Shown here: in pieces, positions 29,660 through 40,844 of the stretch
Numbering within the stretch: position 1 is the stretch's first letter
How the letters are laid out: each line of letters opens with the position of its first letter
Assembly (NCBI GenBank): GCA_964595055.1
Contig: CAZQOV010000003.1
Coordinates: forward strand, 1 to 49,213
Direction: 5' to 3'
DNA: 49,213 nucleotides
Source of the DNA: an uncultured Bacteroidaceae bacterium
GTDB lineage: Bacteria; Bacteroidota; Bacteroidia; Bacteroidales; GCA-2748055
Notes under the pieces: model-generated
Seen by the model: only the letters and a program-made list of their open reading frames with translations
The model's database searches: none
Told to the model about the DNA's origin: nothing
Program-made: the position numbers and the translations under genes

Positions 29660-30407
29660 TATAATTCTGACCTAAATTAAATTGAACATTTGAATAAGAT
29701 TTTTGCTCAATATGATTCGCATCGAATTCAAATTTAATTTCATAATTATTACGGTAATATGATCCGGTAATTTCATTTAACTCCCCATCTTCCCGGTGCA
29801 AATTCATATCTAAATACATAGCATCGGGATGATTGGAGAACAGAATGGTATTTAAAAATGCAGCCAAATCATATTCCATTTCTATTTTAACCCCCTGCTC
29901 CAAAAATTCGGTATAGGTAATCTCGTTCACTTTTGGCGTAAAATTTCTTTCAACATAGGACCGATTAGAGTTATCATCCATCAAAAAACCCGAATACATA
30001 AGATTCTGAATATCATTTAATCTCAAGGTTCTTAACATTCCGTTATTAATATCTTTTTTTGCCCCGAAATAATAATTTCGTTGCGCACGATTAATAAACT
30101 TAACAGAATCGTTCGTTAATTTAAATCGAAAAATTTCGAACCCTAAGAGACGTCCACTAACAAAAACAAACTCATCTTTTTTATTATAAATGGTTAATCG
30201 GATAGTTGTTGAATTTTCATCCACTACTTTTAAGCTAGCGTTTGGTATAAGCAGATGTTCGGGTCGCTCTGCGTTTCGATACTTTAATAAAACAACCTCC
30301 GGGTATGCAAGTTCTCCTCGGTCTTCTATATCATTAATTTTTAGGGTCTTACATGATGTAAAACCCATAATTAAGATTAAAAATAGATATTTTATACACA
30401 GTCTCAT
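29637..30407 (-). CDS. DUF4292-like lipoprotein
   Basis: Lipobox FTSC; LGFEIFR..LT.DSV.FINR motif; position between TPR and EnvC genes. Confidence 0.7.
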   Translation of the reverse strand: MRLCIKYLFLILIMGFTSCKTLKINDIEDRGELAYPEVVLLKYRNAERPEHLLIPNASLKVVDENSTTIRLTIYNKKDEFVFVSGRLLGFEIFRFKLTNDSVKFINRAQRNYYFGAKKDINNGMLRTLRLNDIQNLMYSGFLMDDNSNRSYVERNFTPKVNEITYTEFLEQGVKIEMEYDLAAFLNTILFSNHPDAMYLDMNLHREDGELNEITGSYYRNNYEIKFEFDANHIEQKSYSNVQFNLGQNYNEIRNIL

Positions 30408-32083
30408 TCTTTACAACAATTTAGTCCTTTTTCAATCTTTTTATCATCGTTATACCCTAAATCGCGTGCTTTTTTAAAATACTGTCCAGCTAATTCGTTT
30501 TCCCCATTCTGACATAGAATCCATGCATAATGGAAGTAAATATCTGGATCTTCCACTTCTTTACTGATAGCTTTTTTAATGAAATCATAGGCTTCTTCAT
30601 ATCTTTTCAATTTAAATAACACCCAGGCATAGGTGTCAAGGTATGTAGGATTCTCCGGATTTGCCATAATGGTTTTCAAGGAAAGTTCTTCTGCCCTTTC
30701 CAGTGTACTCCCTTCAAGAGCCATATAATAACTATAATTATTCATTGCCAGATGATTATCTGGTTCCAGTAATAACAATTCTTCAAAATAATAAAAAGCC
30801 TTTTGAACCTTTCCAAGCTTATAGGCACTTTCCGCAAGGAAGGTTAAATATTGGATTTGTTCACCCGGCTCATATCCATTTTCATAGCCCTCTAAGAGCA
30901 ATTTATAAGAATCCTGATATTTCTCCTTTTGAAAATACGCAATTCCAGAAAACAATTTCAACTGACCCTTATTAGGAAAAATAGTTATCGCCTCTTCTCC
31001 AAGCATAATCATATCATCATATTTTTCCAATAAGCTGGCTGTATATATAGCCTGTTGCCATAAAAGATAATTATCCTTTTTATTTTCCAGTAATGTCTTT
31101 ATAACTCCATAAGCCCTTTCATAATCCTCGATTTCCATATAAAAATCATAGGCTATGGCTGCAATTTCAAAATTCTCAGAATAGAGATTCAACAAGGTAT
31201 TAAGAATGTCTTTAAATCTTTCTTTGTGCTCATGCAAAAGCTCCTTCCTGGAGAGAAAAAAGACAAGGGAACTCATCTTCTTTTCAAGTTTTACCTCTTC
31301 AAGCGTAAAAGCTCTGTTTATATAATACAATGCTTGATTCATCTCCCCTTTTTCAGTATAATAATCAGCTAAATTAGTAATCGCATATAAATTCATACTA
31401 TCCAGCTGATAAGCTTTCTGATAAAAGTCGATGGCCTTTTGAATTTGACCGGTCTCTTCGAGAAATTCAGCCATAATAATGTGATATTCCGGGGCTTCAG
31501 GAAATAAATCCAATAATTTCCCGATCTCATCTTCTCCTTTCAAAAACTTATTCTGTTTTTTAAGTATCTCAACTTTTTTAAGTAGAACCTGTTCAGAAAC
31601 ACCGTAGTCTCTTTCCATTTTTTCCAGGATCCTCAGAGCTTTCCGCTCTTTACCCAGTTTATGAAAGGTATTGGCCAGGGTGTAGGTAATTTTAAGGTTA
31701 TTATCTACCTCTAGATAATCTTTTAAAACTTTTAATAGCTCGTTATATTCTTTTTGATAGTCCAGTATTTGACTATACGCCAGAACATACCAGTAATTGG
31801 AATTTTCCAACTCATAAGCTTTCAATAAAAATTTCTCGGAAATATCGGGTTGATTCAATGCAATGTAAATGGAACCCAATTCATAATAAACCACAGCAGA
31901 TTCTGGATTCTCAGCCAGACACTTTTGATAGAGTTTAATCGATTCATTAATGTTTCCAATTGTTTTTTGTCGGGCGGCTTCAATCAAAGCAAATTCGTAA
32001 TTGAAATCATCAGTTGACTGAGAGAAACCATTCGCGAGAAACGCTATCGTTAAGATCAGTATTAATTTAAATTTTGTTTTCAT
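30404..32083 (-). CDS. Exported tetratricopeptide-repeat protein
   Basis: Signal peptide from ATG 32083, many TPR helices, C-terminal NNYSYY..YLDTYAWVLF. Confidence 0.88.
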   Translation of the reverse strand: MKTKFKLILILTIAFLANGFSQSTDDFNYEFALIEAARQKTIGNINESIKLYQKCLAENPESAVVYYELGSIYIALNQPDISEKFLLKAYELENSNYWYVLAYSQILDYQKEYNELLKVLKDYLEVDNNLKITYTLANTFHKLGKERKALRILEKMERDYGVSEQVLLKKVEILKKQNKFLKGEDEIGKLLDLFPEAPEYHIIMAEFLEETGQIQKAIDFYQKAYQLDSMNLYAITNLADYYTEKGEMNQALYYINRAFTLEEVKLEKKMSSLVFFLSRKELLHEHKERFKDILNTLLNLYSENFEIAAIAYDFYMEIEDYERAYGVIKTLLENKKDNYLLWQQAIYTASLLEKYDDMIMLGEEAITIFPNKGQLKLFSGIAYFQKEKYQDSYKLLLEGYENGYEPGEQIQYLTFLAESAYKLGKVQKAFYYFEELLLLEPDNHLAMNNYSYYMALEGSTLERAEELSLKTIMANPENPTYLDTYAWVLFKLKRYEEAYDFIKKAISKEVEDPDIYFHYAWILCQNGENELAGQYFKKARDLGYNDDKKIEKGLNCCKE

Positions 32084-32084
32084 G

Positions 32085-32522
32085 TTAACTTTTTCCTGTA
32101 TGACCAAATCCTCCCTGGCCTCTTCTTGATTCATTCAATGTCCTAACCTCTTCCCATTTTATATGCTCATGCTTGCTTATTACCATTTGGCAAATTCTTT
32201 CACCATCTGAAATTTTATATTCATCATTAGACAGATTTACTAGAATTATTCCGATTTCTCCACGATAATCACTATCGATGGTACCTGGAGAATTTAAGAC
32301 ACTAATGCCGTGTTTTAAAGCCAATCCACTCCTGGGCCGAATTTGAGCCTCATAACCTGCAGGCAGTTCAATGAATAATCCCGTTGGAATTAACGTTCTC
32401 TCCAGGGGTTTAAGTATAATCTCTTCATTAAGATTTGCCCTTAAGTCCATACCTGCTGAATGTGCAGTGGAGTATTCAGGCATTGAATGTTTTGATTTAT
32501 TTATGATTTTAACCTTCATCAT
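32085..32522 (-). CDS. dut: dUTP diphosphatase
   Basis: [35 protein letters not shown]. Confidence 0.98.
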   Translation of the reverse strand: MMKVKIINKSKHSMPEYSTAHSAGMDLRANLNEEIILKPLERTLIPTGLFIELPAGYEAQIRPRSGLALKHGISVLNSPGTIDSDYRGEIGIILVNLSNDEYKISDGERICQMVISKHEHIKWEEVRTLNESRRGQGGFGHTGKS

Positions 32523-32544
32523 GATTTTTATATAATTCTACTAT

Positions 32545-34005
32545 TTAATAAAACCTGGCCATTATCTTTTCCCTAAATAAGAAAAACAGTATAAACAAAG
32601 CCAAAAATACGATTTTTAACACAGAAAAAAGGATGTCATTCTCTAAGTCTAATTTTTGAAATATGGCATATATTATAATACCAAGCCCTATATATATAAG
32701 AATATTCTTAAGATCATAATTAATTTTATAAAAGCGTCTTCCTAAAAAATAGCTGAGTAGAATCATAACAAAATAGCTGATAAAATGTCCCCAGGCACTA
32801 GCTGTGTAACCAAAATACGGTATTAGAAAATAATTTATAAGAAAAGTAATGAGGGCTCCAATGAATACAAGGTAAGCCCCAAATTTAGTCTTATTGGTAA
32901 GTTTATACCAAATTGATAAATTATAAAAAACGCCCATAAAAAGATTCGCCATTAAGACAACCGGAACAATATCCAAACCAGTACGAAAATCCTCGCCAAT
33001 AAAAAATTTAAAAACATCAATGAATAAGGTAACAACAAGAAATATCAGCATGCAAAAAAAGACAAAATATTTCATTACCTCGGCATAGATGATTTTTGCA
33101 TTACTTTCGTTCTTCCTCTCGAAGAAAAAAGGTTCCGCTGCATACCGAAACATTTGAATAAACAGGGTCATTAAAACAGCAAGCTTAAAATTGGCACCAT
33201 ATATCCCCAACTGTTCGAGTGGTTGGACATCAGAAGGCAGTCTATATTTCAAAAGAATTCTATCAAGGGCTTCATTTACAGTACCAGCCAATCCTGCAAG
33301 TAAGAGAGGAAAACTATACCTATACAAATTTTTGAGAATTCTAAGACTAAAGGTTCCCCTTGCATGAAAAATCTCTTTGTATAACAACAGAGTCTTTACT
33401 GAGCTAGCCAAAAGATTACTGATTAACACATATCCAACTTTAAATTCGGGATTGTAGATCTTCCTTATAAGGCCGGAACTTTCATAATTCCGATCGCAAT
33501 AATAGATAAAAAACCAATTAGCCACGATATTAATGATAACCTCAACAACTCGGATTTTCGCATACTTTCCGGCCTTATTTTCGAATCTAATTTTAGCAAA
33601 AGGAATACTAGTAAATGCATCAAGAGCCACAATAATGCCTAACAACAAAATAAACTGATCATTTTCTTCGTATTGCAGCCAGATGGAAATATTACTTTTA
33701 AAAATGGTAATAATAAGCACAAATAATACGGAGGTGGCAAATAGACTAAATAATGCTGTTTTATATACATTTGCAGCTTTCCTTCTATCTTCAGCAAACC
33801 GGAAAAACCCGGTTTCCATCCCATAGGTAAGTATAACGATAAGAAAAACAACATAAGCGTATAATTCCGTTATAATCCCATACTCTGCTTTACTGAATTG
33901 CCGGGTATAAAAAGGAGTTAATAAAAGATAATTCAATAATCTTGGCAGGACGATTCCCATTCCGTATACAGCTGTCTGCCCGGCAAGTTTTTTTATATAA
34001 TTCAA
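32545..34005 (-). CDS. Polysaccharide/oligosaccharide flippase (MOP superfamily, Wzx-like)
   Basis: KKLAGQTAVYG, TYGMETGFFRF, GIYGANFK, FRYAAEPFFF; many TM helices; TTG start. Confidence 0.85.
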   Translation of the reverse strand: MNYIKKLAGQTAVYGMGIVLPRLLNYLLLTPFYTRQFSKAEYGIITELYAYVVFLIVILTYGMETGFFRFAEDRRKAANVYKTALFSLFATSVLFVLIITIFKSNISIWLQYEENDQFILLLGIIVALDAFTSIPFAKIRFENKAGKYAKIRVVEVIINIVANWFFIYYCDRNYESSGLIRKIYNPEFKVGYVLISNLLASSVKTLLLYKEIFHARGTFSLRILKNLYRYSFPLLLAGLAGTVNEALDRILLKYRLPSDVQPLEQLGIYGANFKLAVLMTLFIQMFRYAAEPFFFERKNESNAKIIYAEVMKYFVFFCMLIFLVVTLFIDVFKFFIGEDFRTGLDIVPVVLMANLFMGVFYNLSIWYKLTNKTKFGAYLVFIGALITFLINYFLIPYFGYTASAWGHFISYFVMILLSYFLGRRFYKINYDLKNILIYIGLGIIIYAIFQKLDLENDILFSVLKIVFLALFILFFLFREKIMARFY

Positions 34006-34859
34006 TTATCTTCCAGTTTATTAATGCAGGATTCGATATTATCAGCTTCGAAGTTAAAATTATTTTTTAACAATACACCAGGCCTTACTATATGACCATT
34101 GAGAAGCATTTGGCTGGCCTCCCCGGCCATAAGCCGTAAAATTCCCGGAGGCAGGGACCAAATAACAAAAGCCTTTAATTTTCTTTTCATATGTTTCATG
34201 AGTTCCTTATAATCAGTGGTTTCAGGGGCTACAATGTTAATAATACCCGTGATTTCCTCATGTATGATTAAATCGATAGCGCGAATAAGATCACCCATAT
34301 ATATAAAAGAAAGGGATTGATCACCTTTACCAAAGTAAGCACCAAAATTAAATTTGGTAATTGTACGTAAAATCTTATACGCTCCTCCCTCTTTTCCCAA
34401 GACTATTCCAAACCGGGTAATGCAAACTTTCGTGGAAGACTCCTTTAAGGGTTCAAGACAATTTTCCCAATCTTTCACCACTTGAGCTAAGAAATTATCA
34501 TTATGTATATCACTGTTTTCATCCACTTCCACCTCGGGCTCATAAACATCAATTCCAGATGCATTTATTAATAGCCTGGGCTGGTTTTCCATAAGTAGAA
34601 TAGCTGCCACCAGTTTTCGGGTGGTAACAATCCGACTTTCATAAATTTTCTTCTTCACTTTCGGTGTCCATAAATTAAATAGGGATTTCCCGGCAAGGTT
34701 GATAATAATATCTTTCCCCTGAAAATCCTTTGCCATTTCTGCAGGTGATTTTCCGTAGATGGATCTTCCTTTATAAAAATGTATTTCAGCATTTTTTAGA
34801 CCTTTATAAAGTGCATGGCCAATAAAACTGCTGGATCCTATGATTAATATTTTAGTCAT
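34002..34859 (-). CDS. YfcH/TIGR01777-like NAD-dependent epimerase family protein
   Basis: ILIIGSSSFIG, IINLAG, ESRIVTT, FLAQVVKDWE, RFGIVLG. Confidence 0.85.
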   Translation of the reverse strand: MTKILIIGSSSFIGHALYKGLKNAEIHFYKGRSIYGKSPAEMAKDFQGKDIIINLAGKSLFNLWTPKVKKKIYESRIVTTRKLVAAILLMENQPRLLINASGIDVYEPEVEVDENSDIHNDNFLAQVVKDWENCLEPLKESSTKVCITRFGIVLGKEGGAYKILRTITKFNFGAYFGKGDQSLSFIYMGDLIRAIDLIIHEEITGIINIVAPETTDYKELMKHMKRKLKAFVIWSLPPGILRLMAGEASQMLLNGHIVRPGVLLKNNFNFEADNIESCINKLEDN

Positions 34860-35137
34860 ACTTATTATTAATAGTTGTATTTAATTATCCAGGCCCAATC
34901 CTCAGGAAAGTACATTTATTAACCCTTACCAAAAAATCTGACAATAGCAATTTCTTTATGTATAACCGACAATACCCTCCTTACCAAAAGTATTTGTGAG
35001 ATCACAGATTTTATCCTCTTTAAAAATGAAAAGTACCAACCTCCATCCGATTTTTTATACTAACAAACAAGCTGATAGTAAGTTAGAAAAATTAACTTTT
35101 ATTTTTACTTTTGTAGTCAAATTAAAAAGATTTCGAT

Positions 35138-35800
35138 ATGAAAACCAAAGTGTTAATCACGTTTTTTTTAGCATTAGCAGGCGCACTTTCAAATGCCTGG
35201 TCACAGGAAAACAGCCTGGTACAAATAAAAACCTCATATGGTGATATGGTGGTTAAGCTTTATAATGAGACACCAAAACACCGGGATAATTTCTTAAAAT
35301 TGGTGGAAGAAGGTTTTTATGAAAATCAGCTCTTTCATCGTGTGATTAAAGATTTTATGATACAGACAGGAGATCCCAATTCCATAAATGCCGATAAAGG
35401 TGAATTATTAGGTATGGGAGGTCCTGGATATACGATTCCAGCTGAAATTGTAACAGGCCTTTACCATAAAAAAGGGGCGCTAGCAGCGGCAAGAAAGGGA
35501 GATGCGGTGAACCCGGAAAAAAGATCATCAGGTTCACAGTTTTATATTGTTCAGGGGAAACCGCTAAATGAATATGAACTTAATGCATTTGTTGCATCGG
35601 GTCGTCATGAACAATTTTCATCCGAAGAGATTAACGTTTATACAACCATTGGAGGTACACCTCATCTGGATGGAGAATATACGGTTTTTGGAGAAGTTGT
35701 TCAAGGCATAGAGGTTATTGATAAAATCGCAGCAGCTTCTGTAGATAATTATAACAGACCTGTTGAAGATATAAAGATTTCGATGAAAATAATTGAATAA
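35138..35800 (+). CDS. Exported cyclophilin-type peptidyl-prolyl cis-trans isomerase
   Basis: Signal peptide, FHRVIKDFMIQTGDP, GALAAAR, SSGSQFYIV, HLDGEYTVFGEV; TACTTTTG -7 box at 35106-35113. Confidence 0.93.
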   Translation: MKTKVLITFFLALAGALSNAWSQENSLVQIKTSYGDMVVKLYNETPKHRDNFLKLVEEGFYENQLFHRVIKDFMIQTGDPNSINADKGELLGMGGPGYTIPAEIVTGLYHKKGALAAARKGDAVNPEKRSSGSQFYIVQGKPLNEYELNAFVASGRHEQFSSEEINVYTTIGGTPHLDGEYTVFGEVVQGIEVIDKIAAASVDNYNRPVEDIKISMKIIE

Positions 35801-35871
35801 CACTAATTATTGGTGTACCTGACAATTGCCTCTATTTACAAACATAAAATATTATAGGAAAGGAGTTGTAT

Positions 35872-36894
35872 ATGCTAGAAAAAATTGACGTGATTTTAAA
35901 AGAAATTGAAAAATTCCAGGCTAATGATTTAAAAGAATTAGAGGATTTCCGTATCAAATATTTAAGCAAAAAAGGAATCGTATCAGGTTTATTTGAGGAT
36001 TTCAGAAAGGTTTCCCCGGAGGAAAAGCGCGAAATCGGAAAATCCTTAAACATCCTGAAAAACAAACTCGCCTCTATAATTGAAAATGAGCGTAATCGAT
36101 TATCAAAAAACCAGGTAAAAGATACCAAGTTCGATTTGAGTTTGCCAGGTTATTCAATCCAGCCCGGCTCTCGTCATCCTATTTCACTTGTCAGAAAAGA
36201 AATTCTTGATATTTTTTCCAGATTAGGATTCAGTGTTTCCGAAGGTCCGGAGATAGAAGATGATTGGCATGTTTTTTCTGCATTGAATTTCCCTCCGGAA
36301 CATCCGGCCAGAGATATGCAGGATACTTTTTTTGTCGAAAAAGATCCTGATATTTTACTTCGCACGCACACTTCATCTATACAAGTGAGAGTCATGGAAA
36401 ACACGAAACCTCCCATACGTACAGTATCTCCAGGACGTGTTTTCAGAAATGAAGCGATTTCTGCCCGCGCTCATTGTATATTTCATCAAGTGGAAGGTTT
36501 ATATATTGCTGAAAAAGTTTCATTTGCAGATCTAAAACAAACTTTACTATTCTTTGCTAAAGAAATGTTTGGCGAATCTACCCATATTCGATTAAGGCCT
36601 TCGTATTTTCCATTTACCGAACCCTCAGCTGAAATGGATGTATCTTGCAATTTATGCAAGGGGGAAGGATGTAATGTGTGCAAATATACAGGATGGTTAG
36701 AGGTTTTGGGTTGTGGCATGGTGGATCCTAATGTTCTGGAATACAATAATATTGACAGTAAAAAATATACCGGTTTTGCTTTTGGGATGGGTATCGAGCG
36801 GATTGCTATGCTAAAATTTCAGATAAGAGACCTGCGATTATATTTTGAAAACGATATTCGTTTTCTCAAACAATTCAGCGACACCATTTTATGA
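35872..36894 (+). CDS. pheS: Phenylalanine--tRNA ligase alpha subunit
   Basis: HPARDMQDTF, LRTHTS, FHQVEG, SYFPFTEPS, GFAFGMGIER. Confidence 0.98.
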   Translation: MLEKIDVILKEIEKFQANDLKELEDFRIKYLSKKGIVSGLFEDFRKVSPEEKREIGKSLNILKNKLASIIENERNRLSKNQVKDTKFDLSLPGYSIQPGSRHPISLVRKEILDIFSRLGFSVSEGPEIEDDWHVFSALNFPPEHPARDMQDTFFVEKDPDILLRTHTSSIQVRVMENTKPPIRTVSPGRVFRNEAISARAHCIFHQVEGLYIAEKVSFADLKQTLLFFAKEMFGESTHIRLRPSYFPFTEPSAEMDVSCNLCKGEGCNVCKYTGWLEVLGCGMVDPNVLEYNNIDSKKYTGFAFGMGIERIAMLKFQIRDLRLYFENDIRFLKQFSDTIL

Positions 36895-36961
36895 CAACCT
36901 GGACTTTATTATCGCTGTCTTCTCCGGTTAATATTTCTAAACCCATAATAAAAATAATTAT

Positions 36962-36995
36962 TCCGGGTAAAGCTAAATCTTTACCCGGATTTTTT
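36962..36995 (+). terminator. Rho-independent terminator between convergent pheS and the OsmC-like gene
   Basis: TCCGGGTAAAG/CTTTACCCGGA 11-bp stem, 6-nt loop, T6 tail. Confidence 0.85.
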
Positions 36996-37003
36996 AACTT
37001 TTA

Positions 37004-37426
37004 TTATTCATTTATTCTTATTTCAAAATCAAGTTTCATGGCTTTCCGGTAATTTTCACTGACCCCACAATATTTATCCTGGGAAAGATTAACAGCTTTT
37101 TCAATTTTTGACCTGTTTAGATTTTCCCCTCTAAATGTATAAATAATTTTCATTGAGGTATAAGGTTTTGGAAACTCATCATCGAGATCTGCTTCAATGG
37201 AGATATTGAATTCCTTTACTTCCACTTTCATCTTCTTCAGGATTGACACAACATCCATTCCGGTGCATCCGGCCAGAGCGACCATCATTAGTGGTTTTGG
37301 TCGTGGTCCTCTGTCTTTACCCCCCACTTTTTCATCAGCATCCAGATAAAGTTTATGACCATTAACTTCGGTTTCAAAAACCATATCTTCAAGCCAATTC
37401 ATGCTAAGTTCTTGTTTCATAATCAT
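37004..37426 (-). CDS. OsmC/YhfA family protein
   Basis: GPRPKPL..LAGCTGMDVVSILKKM, LSQDKYCGV. Confidence 0.9.
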   Translation of the reverse strand: MIMKQELSMNWLEDMVFETEVNGHKLYLDADEKVGGKDRGPRPKPLMMVALAGCTGMDVVSILKKMKVEVKEFNISIEADLDDEFPKPYTSMKIIYTFRGENLNRSKIEKAVNLSQDKYCGVSENYRKAMKLDFEIRINE

Positions 37427-37535
37427 TTAAATTTTTTATATCTTTAGGTATTTATATATTTAACTTTTTTTGTACAAATTTAGTTATTAATTATATTTTC
37501 AACTAATTTTGGATTCATTTAGAAAATTTTTAGAA

Positions 37536-38240
37536 ATGAAGCATTTTCAATATACAAATTGCAGCGAAACTTGTTTAGCAAAGAACCACAATTTATTTCG
37601 TCATTTATCAAAAGAAGAGCTTACAAAAATAAATGAAGTCAAAAACGCCGAATTCCACAAAAGAGGAACGGTTTTATATCATGAGGGCAATCGAATTAAT
37701 GGATTTTATTGCATTCAAAGTGGCATTTTGAAAATATATAAAACCGGTATAGATGGGAAAGAACAGATCATTCGTTTCGCAAAACAAGGAGATCTTATTG
37801 GTTTCCGTTCCATTATGAGTAATGAAACTGCCTGTACTTCTGCTGAAGTAATTGAAGATACTACGTGTTGTTATATTCCCGGGGATACTCTGATTGAACT
37901 GGTAAAAAGTAACGGAAATTTTTCCCTTGAACTTATGCAGATCACCTGTAAAGAATTGGGAGAGGCAAATTCTTACTTAACAGATATTGCTCAAAAAACA
38001 GTTCGTGAACGGCTTGCAGAAGTATTAATAAACTTAAAAAATGAATTTGGTTTGGAGGATAACAATACCTTAAAAATTAATCTTACAAGGGAAGAATTAG
38101 CCAATATTGTCGGAACTGCAACTGAATCTGTAATTCGCTTGTTATCTGAGTTTAAACAAGATGATTTGATTGAATTAAATGGGAGAAAAATCAAGTTATT
38201 AGATACCAGTCGTATCCAAAGAATTGCCAACGTTTTTTAA
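37536..38240 (+). CDS. Crp/Fnr family transcriptional regulator with N-terminal cysteines (Fnr-like)
   Basis: NCSETC N-terminus, cNMP-binding fold (GKEQIIRF..GDLIG), HTH LTREELANIVGTATESVIRLL; ATG 37536. Confidence 0.9.
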   Translation: MKHFQYTNCSETCLAKNHNLFRHLSKEELTKINEVKNAEFHKRGTVLYHEGNRINGFYCIQSGILKIYKTGIDGKEQIIRFAKQGDLIGFRSIMSNETACTSAEVIEDTTCCYIPGDTLIELVKSNGNFSLELMQITCKELGEANSYLTDIAQKTVRERLAEVLINLKNEFGLEDNNTLKINLTREELANIVGTATESVIRLLSEFKQDDLIELNGRKIKLLDTSRIQRIANVF

Positions 38241-38259
38241 GTAGCGGTTAAATTAAAGG

Positions 38260-39282
38260 CTAAAATAATGAATTATGAGAATCCTGAACAATACCCAGAT
38301 GCTTGTAGGCTCTCTCGGTAACTTCCCTGCCTCTGGGAGTTCGTTTCATAAATCCTTCTTTGATTAAAAAAGGTTCATAAACTTCTTCAATGGTACCACT
38401 ATCTTCGGAGACAGCAGTAGCTATGGTACTAAGTCCTACCGGACCGCCTTTAAACTTCTCAATAATGGTTTTTAAAATTTTATTATCCATTTCGTCCAGT
38501 CCGGCCTTATCAATGTTAAGGGCTTCAAGCGCAAATTTTGTAATTTCTATATCGATAATGCCATTGCCTTTCACCTGGGCAAAATCTCTTACCCTTCTAA
38601 GCAGGGCATTTGCGATCCTGGGAGTCCCTCTGCTTCTGAAAGATATTTCTTTGGCTGCGTTCTCTTTTATTTGAACATTTAATATACCGGCAGATCTTTT
38701 GACAATTTTCGTCAAAACTTCCTGGTCATAATACTCGAGCAAAGAATTTATGCTAAATCTTGCCCTGAGCGGACTGGTGAGTAGTCCGGAACGTGTTGTG
38801 GCCCCAATAAGAGTAAAGGGATTTAATTTTAACTGCACAGATCGCGCGCTTGGACCTCTATCGATCATAATATCGATTGCATAATCTTCCATAGCGGAAT
38901 AAAGATACTCTTCCACCACAGGAGATAATCGATGTATTTCATCGATAAACAATACATCAAACTCCTCCAACCCTGTCAGCAAACCAGCCAGATCACCAGG
39001 TTTATCAAGAACAGGTCCTGATGTCACTTTAATATTCACATTAAGTTCATTGGCGATTATATTTGCCAGGGTAGTTTTTCCCAAACCCGGGGGACCATGA
39101 AGAAGAACATGGTCCAGGGCCTCATTTCGTTGTTTAGCTGCCTGTACAAAAATTTCCAGATTATTTATTATTTTTTTCTGTCCGGAAAAATCTACAAATG
39201 CCAGTGGACGAAGTTTAATATCCAGATCCTTATCTTTATCAGTAAGATGTTGATTTTTGATATCAAAATTGTTTTCTTCCAT
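38260..39282 (-). CDS. ruvB: Holliday junction branch migration helicase RuvB
   Basis: [47 protein letters not shown]. Confidence 0.98.
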   Translation of the reverse strand: MEENNFDIKNQHLTDKDKDLDIKLRPLAFVDFSGQKKIINNLEIFVQAAKQRNEALDHVLLHGPPGLGKTTLANIIANELNVNIKVTSGPVLDKPGDLAGLLTGLEEFDVLFIDEIHRLSPVVEEYLYSAMEDYAIDIMIDRGPSARSVQLKLNPFTLIGATTRSGLLTSPLRARFSINSLLEYYDQEVLTKIVKRSAGILNVQIKENAAKEISFRSRGTPRIANALLRRVRDFAQVKGNGIIDIEITKFALEALNIDKAGLDEMDNKILKTIIEKFKGGPVGLSTIATAVSEDSGTIEEVYEPFLIKEGFMKRTPRGREVTERAYKHLGIVQDSHNSLF

Positions 39283-39287
39283 GTCAT

Positions 39288-40844
39288 TTATTTAATGATC
39301 CGGGTAGAAGGTTTGGGCAGGTTTATTTTTTGTCCATTTATTCTATATTCCAAATCGTTACGGTATGTTATGGTCATTTCAAGGTTCCCTACCAGATCAT
39401 ACTTCTTCCAGTTTCGTTCCCGTATCCCCATTTCGTAGAATCTTTCTTCTTTCAGATCTCCATCCGGATAATAATATTTATGCTTCCCGTTTTCCATACC
39501 CTGAATGAATTCCCCTTCAAATTTTAGAACATCATCAGGATAATATGCATACCAGACCCCGGTTTTAAGACCTGTTTGATAACTTCCTTTCTCAGTGTTA
39601 TCACCAACTTTATAAAACCATTCTCCTTCTTTTTCACCATTAAGGTAGTTCCCTTTAGATATAACATTTCCCTGCATATCATATTCAACATATTCCCCAT
39701 CTTCCCTGCCATTAAAATAACTTTCTTCTCTAAGAACATTCCCATTTTTATAATACCATATCCAGTTACCATCGGGCAGGCCATTCAAATAATTTCCCTC
39801 CTGTTCTTTACTTCCATCCTCATAATAAAAAACCCATTTTCCTACCCTCCTGTTGTTTAGGTATCTGCCAACAGCTCTCAATTCACCACTGATATAATAA
39901 TCTTTCCAGTCCCCTTTTCTGTTTCCCGATTCATCAACGATGCCCTCAGAAGCTTTGCTTCCATTTTCATTGTAAACAATAGCATTAATAACTTCTCCAT
40001 TTTCATTATAACACCGATGGATTCCTAATGGCTGCTCTTATTTAAAGCTTCCCTGGAAAATAAGATTTCCATTATCATCGAATTCTCTCTTCACATCCAA
40101 TTCCTCCTGCGTCAGAATATCCTGCTCATCTTCTATAATTTTTCCTTTATCGTATTTTAACATCAGGGCAATATTTCCATTCCTGTCGTATTCTTTATAA
40201 ATTCCATGTAATTCATTGTCTCTATAGAACATTTCCTTGTGCAATGTTCCCTCATTATAAAATAATTTCCATGTTCCCTGTTTTAACCCTTCCGCATCTG
40301 TTCTGTTTACTCTTTCCCGGCTAATAAGATAATCCTTTCTATACTCAAGGATAGAAATTAATTTACCTTCAGGATCATAAACTCTGGCGGGTCCTTCTTT
40401 TTTATTGTTAACAAAGTTTACTTCTTCCTTCAACTGACCATTTTCATGATAATAATGAGCTTTACCCTCTTTTTTATCATTCACATATAATTCTTTACTT
40501 ATAAGAATACCATCCGGATATTTATCATAAGAATAACGGTAACTATAGCCATTTTTCTTACCATATTTATAATTAATTCTCTGTATAATTTCGCCTGACT
40601 GATTATAAAAGGTCCAGGTACTATCAAGAAAAAAATTGGTTCTTAATCCTTCCGATTTTAAAACACCTGTGCTATAATAAGTTTTCCAATATCCATCCGG
40701 CTTTCCATCGCGCATTAATCCTTCGCTCGAAACCTGACCGTTAGGATACAAAAATTGTGTATATCCATCTTCAATTTCTTCCTGTCCCTTACCTTGGCTA
40801 CAAAAAAGAAATATAAGGAATCCTATGTAAACAATTTTTTTCAT
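39288..40844 (-). pseudogene. Exported MORN-variant (YwqK-like) repeat protein, 519 codons, interrupted by one in-frame TAA at 40038-40040
   Basis: Track ORFs 40038..40844 and 39288..39881 are in the same frame; the interval translates to intact repeats (*EQPLGIHRCYNENG..GNRKGDWKDYY.SGEL). Confidence 0.8.

Noticed and set aside
34995-35006. TGTGA-GA-TCACA as a CRP site
   Set aside because: Half-sites are 2 nt apart instead of 6; single occurrence
39288-40844. Toxin-antitoxin system (YwqK-like antitoxin label)
   Set aside because: No toxin gene nearby; the protein is a signal-peptide-bearing MORN repeat protein in a housekeeping context
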